A stretch of DNA of 64,000 nt from Spirochaetia bacterium (GTDB lineage: Bacteria > Spirochaetota > Spirochaetia > SZUA-6 > Bin103), in NCBI GenBank assembly GCA_965203515.1, contig OZ241907.1:416001-480000 (forward strand). Direction: 5' to 3'. The translations under genes and the position numbers were made by a program. This document shows, in pieces, positions 9,835 to 19,425 of the stretch; position 1 is the first letter of the stretch, and the number at the start of each line of letters is the position of its first letter. Below the pieces are notes generated by a model. That model was given only the letters and a program-made list of their open reading frames with translations, searched no databases and was not told where the DNA came from.

Positions 9835-12800
9835 ATGAGCACGATAGCTGACATCTTCGATCTACCGGAACGGGTCCACCAGGGGGACTTCGTGCTGCGG
9901 CTGGCCGAGGGGGTGGAGCGCGCCGAGCAGACGCTGCGCGATTACGTGGTGACCCCGCAGCTCGCGCAGTGCTTCGACGCCGCGCTGACGCTGATCGGCA
10001 GCGCGGTGGAGGAGCGCGCCAGCAAGGGCGCCTACCTGCACGGCAGCTTCGGCAGCGGCAAGAGCCACTTCATGGCGGTGCTGACGCTGCTGCTGCAGGG
10101 CGATCCGGGGGCGCGCTCCATACGCGAGCTGGCCGGCGCCGTGACCCGCGCCAACGCCTGGACCGCGGACCGCCGGTTCCTGGTGGTGCCGTACCACCTG
10201 ATCGGCGCGGCCAGCATGGAGGCGGCGCTGCTCGGCCACTACGCCGAACACGTGCGCGCGCTCTACCCGGACGCGCCGACCCCCGGCTTCTACCAGGCCG
10301 AACGCGTGTTCGCGGACGCCCGCCGCCTGCGCGCGAACATGGGCGACGCGGCGTTCTTCAAGGCGCTGAACGACGCGGTGCGGAGCGGTGCGGGGGACGC
10401 CGGCGGCGGCTGGGGCGCGCTGGGCAGCGGCTGGGACACTACCGGCTTCGATACCGCGCTGGCCGCGGCCCCCGGCGATCCCGAGCGGGTGCGGCTGACC
10501 GGCGACCTGATCGACGCCTTCTTCGGGGCGATGCGGGCGTCCGGCGGCAGCGGCGGCGAGCGCTTCGCCGACCTGGACGAGGGCTTGGCGGTGATGGCGC
10601 AGCACGCGCAGGCGCTCGGCTACGACGCCCTGATCCTGTTCCTGGACGAACTGATCCTGTGGCTGGCCAGCCACGCCGCCGACCCGTCCTTCGTCAGCCG
10701 CGAAGGGCAGAAGGTCGCCAAGCTGGTCGAGTCGGCGCGCGCCGACCGGCCGATCCCGATCGTCAGCTTCATCGCCCGGCAGCGCGACCTGCGCGAGCTG
10801 GTGGGCGAGCATCTGCCGGGCGCCGAGCAGCTCGGCTTCGCCGACGTGCTCAACTGGTGGGAAGCGCGGTTCGATCGGATCACGCTGGAAGACCGCAACC
10901 TGCCGGCCATCGCCGAGCGCCGCGTGCTGCGCCCGAAGAACGATGCGGCGCGCGCCGAGCTCGATGCGGCCTTCGAACGGACCGCCCGCGTGCGCGAGGA
11001 AGTCCTCAACGTACTGCTCACGCGCGCCGGCGACCGCGCCATGTTCCGGCAGCTCTTTCCCTTCACGCCCGCGCTGGTGCAGGCGTTGATCGCCGTGTCG
11101 TCGCTGCTGCAGCGCGAGCGCACGGCGCTCAAGATCATGCTGCAGCTCCTGGTGGAGCAGGGCAGCCGGCTGCAGCTCGGCGACGTCATCCCGGTGGGCG
11201 ACCTGTTCGACGTCATCGCGCGCGGCGACGAGCCGTTCACGCAGGCTATGCGGGTGCGCTTCGACGACGCCCTGAAGCTGTACCGCACCAGGCTCCGGCC
11301 GCTGTTGGAGGCCGAGCACGGCGTTGCCGCCGCAGAGGTGGAGGCGGGGACCGCCGCGGCCGCGGCGGCGGCGCGGTTCCGTACCGACGACCGGTTGCTG
11401 AAGACGCTGCTGCTGGCGGCCATCGCCGAAGGGGTGGAAGCGTTGCGGGCGCTCACGCCGGCGCGCCTGGCGGCGCTCAACCACGGCACGGTGCGCTCGC
11501 CGATCCCGGGCCTGGAGAATCAGATCGTGCTGGACAAGTGCCGGCAGTGGGCGGCGCAGGTGGGCGAGATCAAGATCGCCGACGACAGCGCCAGTCCGGT
11601 CATCTCCTTGCAGATCGTCGGCGTGGATACCGAAAGCATCCTGCAGAATGCAGCCGCCCTCGACAACGCCGGCAACCGCATCAGCACGGTGCGCCGGATC
11701 ATCTGCGAAGACCTGGGGATCGAGGCGGGTGAGCTGCACGACCGCTACGAGCTGACGTGGCGCGGCACGCGGCGTACCTGCGCGATCCTGTTCCGCAACG
11801 TCCGGGAGATGAAGGTCCCGGAGTTGCGCAACGATCCCGGCTCGTGGCACGTCGTGATCGACTGGCCGTTCGACGAACCGCAGCACACGCCGCTCGACGA
11901 CCGCGCGCAGCTCCAGAACTTCGCCGAAAAGGAGGAGCCGGCGGATACCCTGGTCTGGCTGCCGTCGTTCCTCACCTCCGCCGCGCAGCGCGATCTGGGC
12001 CGGCTGGTGCTGCTCGACGGGGTGCTCACCGGCAACCGCCTCAACGAACACGGCGCGCACCTGTCGCAGACCGACCGCGAGCAGGCGCGCGCGTTGCTCG
12101 CCAATCAACGCGATCAGATGCGGGTGCGCATCCGCAACTACCTGCTCGCCGCCTACGGCATCTCCGGGGTCGATACCGGCGCCATCGACCACAGCCATGA
12201 GCTCGGCGAGCACTTCGTGTCCCTGAATCCTCGGTGTCAGGTGCGCCCGCCGGTGGCGGCGCGGTTCCGCGGCGCGCTGGAGGATCTCTTCAGCCAGGCG
12301 CTCGCGGCGCAGTATCCCGACCATCCCGAATTCGGCATCGAAGTGAGGCGACCGGCTTTGCGGCGGGTGCTGGAAGTGGTGGAGCAGGCCGCGGCAGACC
12401 CGGAGGAGCGGGTCGAGGTGCCGCGCCCCGTCCGCGATGAGATGCGCGGCATCGCGGTACCGCTGGGGCTTGGCGATATGGGAGAGACGCATTTCAAGCT
12501 CGGGCGGCGCTGGTTCGACGAACTGAACCGCAAGCATGCCCGGCACGGCGGCGGACCCATGACCGTCGGTATGGTGCGCGGCTGGATCGAGGCGCCCGAG
12601 CGGCGCGGGCTGCCGCGCGACGTGCAGAACCTGGTGATCGCGGCGTTCGCGGCGCAGGGCGGCTTCCTCGTTACCCACCGCGGCCGGCCGTTGGCCGCGG
12701 CCGTCGACAAGCTCGACGACGCCTGCGAGCTGCGGGAGCAGGAGCTGCCGGCTGCCGAGGAATACGAACGGGCTGCGCAGCGTGCCAAGGAGGTGTTCGG

Positions 12801-13536
12801 CTACGCGGCGTTGCCGCTGCCGGCCGCCCGCAGCGTGAACGAGTTGGCGCAGGAGGTGCGCGCCGCCGCGGACCGATGCCGGGCGCCGGTCGACGAGCTG
12901 GCGGCGGCCCTCCGGCAGCGGCTGCAGGAGCGTTCGCTGCCGGTGGCCGACAGCGAACGCCTGCGGACGGTGGAAGCCGCGCTCGCGCTGCTCTCGGCCC
13001 TGGAGAGCGCCGGCGACAACGCGGTCGTGGCGGCGCTGGCGCAGGCCGAGGTGCCGACCAGCGCCGTCGCCATGCGGGCGGTGGTCGAGGGCGCCGGCGG
13101 GCTCGTCTCCGTGCTGGCGGACCGCTGGAAGGTGTTCCCCCAATTGGCGGTCCTGGCCGCGCCGTACCGGCAGCGGGCTGAGGAGATCGACGCGGAACTG
13201 AACGACGCCCTGCGGCGCGACGAGCACGTCACGCCGCTGGCGGCCACCGTGGAGCGGTGCCAGGACCGGGCGCTGGATCTTCTCGCCGAAGCTGCCGGGG
13301 CCGCGGGCGCCGACTCCCCCCGCGCCGCCGGCGACCCCCCGATTGCGCCGCCGGTCCCGCCCGTGCCGGTCGTGCCGGTCGCGCGGGCCGCGCGGAGCGG
13401 CACCAGGGACGTGACGGCCGGTGAGGTTACGGCCGTGCTCGCGGAGATAAAGGCCGCGATACGGGAGACCGGCGCGACCCGGGTGACGGTCGACTGGAAG
13501 GTCTACTCCGGCGACGGGGACGGCGGCGCGGGGTGA
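9835..13536 (+). CDS. pglY: BREX type 2 / Pgl ATPase PglY
   Basis: N-terminus MSTIADIFDLPERVHQGDFVLRL. Walker A YLHGSFGSGKSHFM, Walker B ILFLDELILWL, and RLAALNHG. Overlaps the pglZ start (GTGA). Confidence 0.88.
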   Translation: MSTIADIFDLPERVHQGDFVLRLAEGVERAEQTLRDYVVTPQLAQCFDAALTLIGSAVEERASKGAYLHGSFGSGKSHFMAVLTLLLQGDPGARSIRELAGAVTRANAWTADRRFLVVPYHLIGAASMEAALLGHYAEHVRALYPDAPTPGFYQAERVFADARRLRANMGDAAFFKALNDAVRSGAGDAGGGWGALGSGWDTTGFDTALAAAPGDPERVRLTGDLIDAFFGAMRASGGSGGERFADLDEGLAVMAQHAQALGYDALILFLDELILWLASHAADPSFVSREGQKVAKLVESARADRPIPIVSFIARQRDLRELVGEHLPGAEQLGFADVLNWWEARFDRITLEDRNLPAIAERRVLRPKNDAARAELDAAFERTARVREEVLNVLLTRAGDRAMFRQLFPFTPALVQALIAVSSLLQRERTALKIMLQLLVEQGSRLQLGDVIPVGDLFDVIARGDEPFTQAMRVRFDDALKLYRTRLRPLLEAEHGVAAAEVEAGTAAAAAAARFRTDDRLLKTLLLAAIAEGVEALRALTPARLAALNHGTVRSPIPGLENQIVLDKCRQWAAQVGEIKIADDSASPVISLQIVGVDTESILQNAAALDNAGNRISTVRRIICEDLGIEAGELHDRYELTWRGTRRTCAILFRNVREMKVPELRNDPGSWHVVIDWPFDEPQHTPLDDRAQLQNFAEKEEPADTLVWLPSFLTSAAQRDLGRLVLLDGVLTGNRLNEHGAHLSQTDREQARALLANQRDQMRVRIRNYLLAAYGISGVDTGAIDHSHELGEHFVSLNPRCQVRPPVAARFRGALEDLFSQALAAQYPDHPEFGIEVRRPALRRVLEVVEQAAADPEERVEVPRPVRDEMRGIAVPLGLGDMGETHFKLGRRWFDELNRKHARHGGGPMTVGMVRGWIEAPERRGLPRDVQNLVIAAFAAQGGFLVTHRGRPLAAAVDKLDDACELREQELPAAEEYERAAQRAKEVFGYAALPLPAARSVNELAQEVRAAADRCRAPVDELAAALRQRLQERSLPVADSERLRTVEAALALLSALESAGDNAVVAALAQAEVPTSAVAMRAVVEGAGGLVSVLADRWKVFPQLAVLAAPYRQRAEEIDAELNDALRRDEHVTPLAATVERCQDRALDLLAEAAGAAGADSPRAAGDPPIAPPVPPVPVVPVARAARSGTRDVTAGEVTAVLAEIKAAIRETGATRVTVDWKVYSGDGDGGAG

Positions 13537-15890
13537 GCCTCACGCCCGAACAACTGACCCTGCAGGTCAAGCAGCTCTGCGAACGGCGGCCCGACACGCG
13601 GGTGGTCGGCATTCACGCGCCGCACTGGCGCGGCGGCGCTTCGATCTCCACCGGCCACGCCGCGTTCCGCGTCTCCTGGTGCGAGTCCGCGCTGGCGGTG
13701 AGCGAGCAGCTTGCCGCGCTGGGCGACGGCGAACGGCTGGTGGTGCTGACCCCGCTCGATGAGACCGACCTGGGCGCCGACGTGCTGGCGCGCCTGGCGC
13801 GGCGCCGGCTGATCCACCCGGACCGGTGGCAGATGGTGCGCGACGCGTATGGCGTGATTGAGGTCGACCCGCGGCTGCCGGCGGAGGCCTGGATGGCCGA
13901 GGCGCTGCTCGCGGCGACGCCGATCCGGCGCACCCTGCCGGCGAACGTGCTCGACGCCGGCGCGGCGTGGCGGCAGGTGCTGGGACACGTTCTGGGGCTC
14001 GACGAGGGGAGTCCCGATGCGGATGCCGTGGTCCGGTGGAGCGCGCAGCCGGACGCCGCGGATCGGTTCGCGGCGCTGCCGGCGCCGCTGGCGGAAGCGG
14101 TGGGGCAGCGGCTGGAACAGAGCGCCGGCGGCCTGGGCGCGCTGCTGGCCGCCGCCATCGCCGCCGGCAATGCAGGGGAGCTGTTGCCGATCGGCCTGGC
14201 CTGCGAACTGCTGTTCAGCGGGCCGGCAGAACCGGAACTGACGCGGGCAGCGGTGCGCCTGGAACCGCTGCTCGACGGAGCGGACGTCGAGCCGGCGCGC
14301 GGTCGCGAGTGGGCGGCGTGCGCCCGGCGCGTGCTGCGGTCGCTGCCGCCGGCGCAGCGCGGCGCATGGCTGGAACGCGGCGAGCGGCTGCTGGCGCAGC
14401 TCAAGGTGGAGGTATGGGCCGAACGGAGCGCGGTGCTGCCGGCCGGCCTGACGGCGCGCCTCGACCGCTTCGCCACCGCCGCCAAGGCGGCGCTGGCCGA
14501 CGCGGCCAAACTCGCGGCGGCCGAGCGCGCCTTCGACCGCGTGCGCGCGCACGACGCCTGCTCCGAACAGTTGGAGCGCGCCGAGCGGCTGGAGATGGCG
14601 ATGCGGCTGCTGAGCAGCCTCCACCGCCGAGACCGTGCGATAGATGCTGACCCATCCGTTGCCGGCTCATCGGCGGCTGCCGCCATCGCCGCCATGATGG
14701 AGGATCACGCCGCCGAGGGCGCGTTCGAGGATTGGGCCAGACGCCGGCTGCTGGGCGCGGATGAGCACGCCGGCATCGCGGCGCTGTATCGGGAGATATA
14801 CCTCGCGGTGCGCGCCCGGCGGGAGCGGCGCAATCGGTCGTTCGCCGCCGGCGTGAGCGCCTGGACGGTGGCGGGGGGCGCCGGCGCCGCGGGCGCTGAT
14901 TTTCTCCCCATCGAGCATTGCCTGGCCCGGACCGCGGCGCCGCTGGCGCAGTCGCGTCCCGTGCTGGTGCTGGTGGTCGACGCGATGGACGCCGGCATCT
15001 TCGAGGAGCTGGGGGAGCGTCTGCACGCGCTGGGCTGGCGCCGGCAGAGCGGCGCGCCGCGCACGGCGCTGGCGGTGCTGCCGTCCGTCACCCAGGCGTC
15101 GCGCATGACGCTGTTCGCGGGCGCGGTGCGGCAGGGCGGCGGCGCTCAGGAGAAGGCCGCGTTCGCCCGCCATCCCGAGCTGCTCGCAGCCTCGCAACGC
15201 GGCCGTCCGCCGCTGTTGTTCCACAAGGCCGACCTGACCGACGGCGCCGCGCTGGGACTGGCGGAGGCGGTGCGCGTTGCGCTCGGCGACGTGCGCCGGA
15301 AGGTGGTGGGAGCGGTCCTCAACGTGGTGGACGACCATCTGGCCAAGTCCGAGCAACTGCAGCTGGTCTGGCGCCGCGACCACGTGCGGCTTCTGCCCGA
15401 GCTGCTCCACGAGGCGCACGCGGCCGGCAGGATAGTGGTGCTGACCTCCGACCACGGCCACGTGCTGGAGGAGGATGGCGTCAAGCTGCCCGGCGACGTC
15501 GAGGGCCGCTGGCGCGCTGCCGACCGGCCGCCGGCCGACCTCGAAATCGAGCTCGCCGGCGAGCGCGTGCGCGCCGCCACCGGCCGCGCCCGGATCGTCG
15601 TCCCCTGGAGCGAAACCGTGCGCTACGGCCAGCGCAGGAACGGCTACCACGGCGGCCTGACCCTGCAGGAAGCGGTCGTCCCGATCGGCGTCTACGCCCC
15701 GCCGGGCGAACCTCAAGACCCTGAAGCCGGCGGACCGCCGTATCCCCACTGGTGGCGCGGGGCGGCCTCCGAGTCGGAACCGACCGCTCGACCGGCGAAC
15801 CCCGCCCCGCAACTGGACCTCTTCGATACCGTCGCTCGCTCGGAGGACGGTCCCGGAATGCCGGCGGCTACTGCGCCCGACCCCCCGTAG
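13533..15890 (+). CDS. pglZ: BREX type 2 PglZ (alkaline-phosphatase-superfamily domain)
   Basis: Motifs VLVVDAMD, LPSVTQASR, VLNVVDDHL, LTSDHGHV and NGYHGG. Follows pglY. Confidence 0.88.
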   Translation: MSLTPEQLTLQVKQLCERRPDTRVVGIHAPHWRGGASISTGHAAFRVSWCESALAVSEQLAALGDGERLVVLTPLDETDLGADVLARLARRRLIHPDRWQMVRDAYGVIEVDPRLPAEAWMAEALLAATPIRRTLPANVLDAGAAWRQVLGHVLGLDEGSPDADAVVRWSAQPDAADRFAALPAPLAEAVGQRLEQSAGGLGALLAAAIAAGNAGELLPIGLACELLFSGPAEPELTRAAVRLEPLLDGADVEPARGREWAACARRVLRSLPPAQRGAWLERGERLLAQLKVEVWAERSAVLPAGLTARLDRFATAAKAALADAAKLAAAERAFDRVRAHDACSEQLERAERLEMAMRLLSSLHRRDRAIDADPSVAGSSAAAAIAAMMEDHAAEGAFEDWARRRLLGADEHAGIAALYREIYLAVRARRERRNRSFAAGVSAWTVAGGAGAAGADFLPIEHCLARTAAPLAQSRPVLVLVVDAMDAGIFEELGERLHALGWRRQSGAPRTALAVLPSVTQASRMTLFAGAVRQGGGAQEKAAFARHPELLAASQRGRPPLLFHKADLTDGAALGLAEAVRVALGDVRRKVVGAVLNVVDDHLAKSEQLQLVWRRDHVRLLPELLHEAHAAGRIVVLTSDHGHVLEEDGVKLPGDVEGRWRAADRPPADLEIELAGERVRAATGRARIVVPWSETVRYGQRRNGYHGGLTLQEAVVPIGVYAPPGEPQDPEAGGPPYPHWWRGAASESEPTARPANPAPQLDLFDTVARSEDGPGMPAATAPDPP

Positions 15891-15899
15891 CCTCGCCGG

Positions 15900-17027
15900 T
15901 CACGTGAACCGGTACTTCCGGACCGTCTCCGGCAGCACCTCGACCCCCAGACCGGGCGCGTCGCGGACGGCCAGCATGCCGTCGCGCTGTACCCAGGGGT
16001 CGGCGACCAGCTCGTGCTGCATCGGCGACTCGTGCGGCTTGAAGTCCATGGCCACGCCCCGGTCGGAGATCGCCAGCAGGTGCGCGCTGGCCGCGGTGTT
16101 CAGGGCGCTGCTCCAGGTATGCATGCTGAAGTGCAGGTGCTCGGCTTCGATCAGCCGGATCACCTCGCGGCACCCGGTGATCCCCTGGCAGCGGCCGGGG
16201 TCGATCTGCACTACGTCGACCCCGCCGGACCGGATCAGGCGCGCGTAGCTCTCGCGGTCCCACTCGTCTTCGCCGGTGCCGATCGGCGTGCGCACCGCCG
16301 CCCGCAGGCGGGCATGGCCGGCGAGATCGGACGGAAGCAGCGGCTGCTCGATCCATTTCAACCGGTACGGCTCCAGATCGAGAAACCGCCCGATCGCGGT
16401 CGGCACGTCCCACAGGTCCCGGGCGCCGGGCGTGTCGACCACCAGCTCCAGGTCGTCGCCGATGATCGCGCGGATGCGCTCCACCAGCGCCAGGTCGGCG
16501 GCGCGGTCGAGGCCGAACACCGCTTCCGGGCGCATGCCCCAGCCGCCCTTGACGAGGCGGTAGCCCTGGTCGCGCATCCAGCGGAACTCGTCGTCGGTCC
16601 ACGCGGTGTCCTCCATGTCGAAGATGATGGAGGCCATGGCCGGAACCTCGGTGCGCACCCTGCCGCCGAGCAGTCGACTCACCGGCTGGCCGAGCGCCTT
16701 GCCCTTGAGGTCCCAGAGCGCCATGTCGACGGCGCTCACCCCGAAGGCGGCGATCCCCTCCGGTCCGTACCACCAGGTGCGGCCGGTCATCGTGCGCCAG
16801 AGCGCCTCGACGTCGAGCGCATCGGCGCCGATCAGCAGCGGCGCGTAACCGCGCTCGATGATCGTGGCGGCGGCCAGCGCCGCCTCGGGAAACTGCGAGA
16901 TGCACTCACCCCAGCCGGTCGTGCCGTCGTCGGCGGTCACCTTGGCCAGCGTGAGGTAGCGCAGCGTGCCCTTGTAGTGGGGTTCCGGGTATTCGAGGGG
17001 GAATGCCTCGATCGATGCGATCTTCAC
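15900..17027 (-). CDS. Enolase superfamily (mandelate racemase/MLE-like) enzyme
   Basis: Motifs GWGEC, SAVDMALWDLKGKALGQPV, WIEQP, IGTGE and PGLGVE. Confidence 0.9.
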   Translation of the reverse strand: MKIASIEAFPLEYPEPHYKGTLRYLTLAKVTADDGTTGWGECISQFPEAALAAATIIERGYAPLLIGADALDVEALWRTMTGRTWWYGPEGIAAFGVSAVDMALWDLKGKALGQPVSRLLGGRVRTEVPAMASIIFDMEDTAWTDDEFRWMRDQGYRLVKGGWGMRPEAVFGLDRAADLALVERIRAIIGDDLELVVDTPGARDLWDVPTAIGRFLDLEPYRLKWIEQPLLPSDLAGHARLRAAVRTPIGTGEDEWDRESYARLIRSGGVDVVQIDPGRCQGITGCREVIRLIEAEHLHFSMHTWSSALNTAASAHLLAISDRGVAMDFKPHESPMQHELVADPWVQRDGMLAVRDAPGLGVEVLPETVRKYRFT

Positions 17028-17157
17028 CGGTCTGCGGTCGGGCTGCGTGACGCGATCATCGGGGCTGCATACATCCGGGCGTGCCTCTATATACTCGCGC
17101 CCGAAGGTATCTCACCGGAAGGATCGATGTACAGGTTCAGGAGGCCGCAGGCCGGCG

Positions 17158-18174
17158 ATGCCGGATGTCGTCAGCCTGGGTGAGGCGCTCTTCGACCTGT
17201 TCGCCGCTCCGCCCGGAACCACGCTGGGAGCGGCGCGGACCTTCACATCCGAGCCGGGCGGCGCGCCGGCCAACGTCGCCATCGGCTTGGCGCGGCTCGG
17301 CGTCGACGTCGGGTTCGTGGGCAGGGTCGGGGCCGATTCGTTCGGCAGCCGGCTGCAGGAGCTGCTGCGGCAGGAGGGGGTCGATATCGCCCACTTCCGG
17401 CCGGTCGCCGGCAGCCGGACGCCGATCGCTCTGGTGGCCGCGTCCAGTCCGGTCGATCAGGACTTCGTGCTGTTCCGCGGGGCGGACACCTTGCTCCGAC
17501 CGGAGCATCTGGACCGTTCCTACCTGGCGGGCGCGCAGGTCTTCACCTACGGATCGGTGACGCTGAGCGCCGGTGGGCGGGACGCGGCGCTGCAGGCCGT
17601 TCGCTGGGCGCGGGCTGACGGCGTGTTGGTGGCGTTCGACGCCAACTACCGGCCGGCGGTCTGGTCCGGCGAGGCGGCGGCCCGCGACGCGATCATGCCG
17701 GCGTTGCGGTGCGCCGACGTGGCCAAGCTCAACGAGGTCGAACTGAAGCTGCTGGCCGGCACCGGCGACCTGCAGGCCGGCTGCCGGCGCCTGCTCGACC
17801 TGGGCGTCCGGCTGTGCCTGATCACCGCCGGCGCCGGCGGCGCCTGGTTCGACGACGGCCGGGCTTCGGGCCACGTTCCCGGCTTCGCCGCCGACGTGGT
17901 CGATACGACCGGCTGCGGCGATGCCTTCCTGGCGGCGTTTCTGGCGGGCCTGGTGACCGAGGGGCGCCGGCTGTCGGAGTTGGACGGGGCGGCGCTTCGC
18001 CGGCTGGTGGCGGCGGCCAACGCGGCCGGCGCGCTCAACGCCGCGCGCCGCGGCGCGATCCCCGGCCTGCCGACGCGGGCCGCGATCGACCGGCTCCTGG
18101 CCGACAGGCGACCGTCCGCTATTCGATCAGGAGGTCGGCGCCGAGCAGGAACTGCGCCAACGACCGGTGCCTGA
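17158..18174 (+). CDS. PfkB-family carbohydrate kinase
   Basis: Motifs GGAPANVAIGLARLG, FDANYRP, KLNEVE and VDTTGCGDAF. Start at MPDVVSLGE, downstream of AGGAGG. Confidence 0.9.
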   Translation: MPDVVSLGEALFDLFAAPPGTTLGAARTFTSEPGGAPANVAIGLARLGVDVGFVGRVGADSFGSRLQELLRQEGVDIAHFRPVAGSRTPIALVAASSPVDQDFVLFRGADTLLRPEHLDRSYLAGAQVFTYGSVTLSAGGRDAALQAVRWARADGVLVAFDANYRPAVWSGEAAARDAIMPALRCADVAKLNEVELKLLAGTGDLQAGCRRLLDLGVRLCLITAGAGGAWFDDGRASGHVPGFAADVVDTTGCGDAFLAAFLAGLVTEGRRLSELDGAALRRLVAAANAAGALNAARRGAIPGLPTRAAIDRLLADRRPSAIRSGGRRRAGTAPTTGA

Positions 18175-19330
18175 CCCCGGCGAAGTCGGGCGGCTGGTGC
18201 GGGTCGAGCGACAACAGCACCCGCGGATAGGCGTCATCGACCGCGGAGAAGGCCGCCAGTTCCCGCTCGACGGTGGCCCTCGACTCGAGCAGATAGGCGA
18301 CCTGAACGTAGACGATGCCGCGCCGGTCCCGGGCGACGAAGTCGATCTCCCGCCCGCCGGCCGATCCCACGGTCACCGCGTAGCCGCGGCGGCGCAGCTC
18401 GAGGTATACGAGGTTTTCCAGCACGCCGCCGATGTCGGAGTCGCGGTACCCGATGACGCCGTTGCGCAGTCCCACGTCCCCCAGGTAGTGCTTGTGGTTC
18501 ACCTCCAGCCGTCTCTTTCCCTTCACGTCGTACCGATGCGCCGTGCTCAGGAGAAAGGCTTCTTCGAGGTGGGCCAGGTAGCTGAGCACCGTGTCGACGG
18601 AGGTCGACCGCCGCTGGCTCTTCAGGAAATCGGCGATCCGCTTGGCCGAAATCAGGTTGCCGACGTTGTCCATGGCGAATCGCGTCACCGCCTCGAACAG
18701 CGATACGTTGCGGAGCCGGTGGCGGCGGATGATGTCCCTGACGACGATGGTGCTGAAGATGTCCTGCAGCATCTGGGTCACCACCACGTCGCTCAGATCG
18801 GTATGCATGAGCCCCGGCAGGCCTCCGTAACGGAGGTAACGGCGCAGGAGCGCATCGGTGTCGAGATCGTCGCCGCGCAGACGATGCAGATCGCCCAGCT
18901 CGCGCAGCGTCAGCGGGAATACCTGCAGGGTCACGTAGCGGCCGGCGATATGGGTGGCAAGCTCGCCGGCCAGCATCGACGCATTGGAGCCGGAGATGAT
19001 CACCTTCGTGCGCTCGCGGCCGTTCAGCGCCGCCGCCGCCCGCTCCCAACCGTCGATCTGCTGCACCTCGTCGACGACCACCGCGAGTGGCTCGGCCGGT
19101 CGGGACCGGCTCTCTACGAGATCGACCAGGTTCCGAGCCGAACGGATGTCATCGAACTCCAGCGACTCCTTGTCGACGTAGACGACGTGGCGGTCCCGGC
19201 CCAGCGTGTCCGCGAACTGGCGCAGCAGCACGCTCTTGCCGACGCGCCGCAGCCCGACGACGGCGATGATCGCGGGAGCGGTGAGAAACCGCCGCAGCCG
19301 GTCGAGGTAGGAAGTCCTGGCGAGTATCAC
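18119..19330 (-). CDS. AAA_14 ATPase with DUF4143 C-terminal domain
   Basis: Walker A GLRRVGKS, Walker B VVDEVQ, plus SGSNAS, YGGLP, LENLVYLEL and EIDFV...YVQV. Confidence 0.88.
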   Translation of the reverse strand: MILARTSYLDRLRRFLTAPAIIAVVGLRRVGKSVLLRQFADTLGRDRHVVYVDKESLEFDDIRSARNLVDLVESRSRPAEPLAVVVDEVQQIDGWERAAAALNGRERTKVIISGSNASMLAGELATHIAGRYVTLQVFPLTLRELGDLHRLRGDDLDTDALLRRYLRYGGLPGLMHTDLSDVVVTQMLQDIFSTIVVRDIIRRHRLRNVSLFEAVTRFAMDNVGNLISAKRIADFLKSQRRSTSVDTVLSYLAHLEEAFLLSTAHRYDVKGKRRLEVNHKHYLGDVGLRNGVIGYRDSDIGGVLENLVYLELRRRGYAVTVGSAGGREIDFVARDRRGIVYVQVAYLLESRATVERELAAFSAVDDAYPRVLLSLDPHQPPDFAGVRHRSLAQFLLGADLLIE

Positions 19331-19425
19331 GACGTTCGAGTGTAGTCGAAATCATATCGATGATCGCGAATGCTTTCGATCATACTCGAAACGAGTGATC
19401 GGACCCACGCCTCAAACCCTTCGCC

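Noticed and set aside
9862..13227. Very long antisense or alternate-frame ORFs (this 1121-aa ORF, also 26059-28767, 21575-24016, 57688-60252, 48445-50871)
   Set aside because: Shadow ORFs of high-GC genes. They are Arg/Ala/Gly-rich with no family motifs and overlap well-supported genes.
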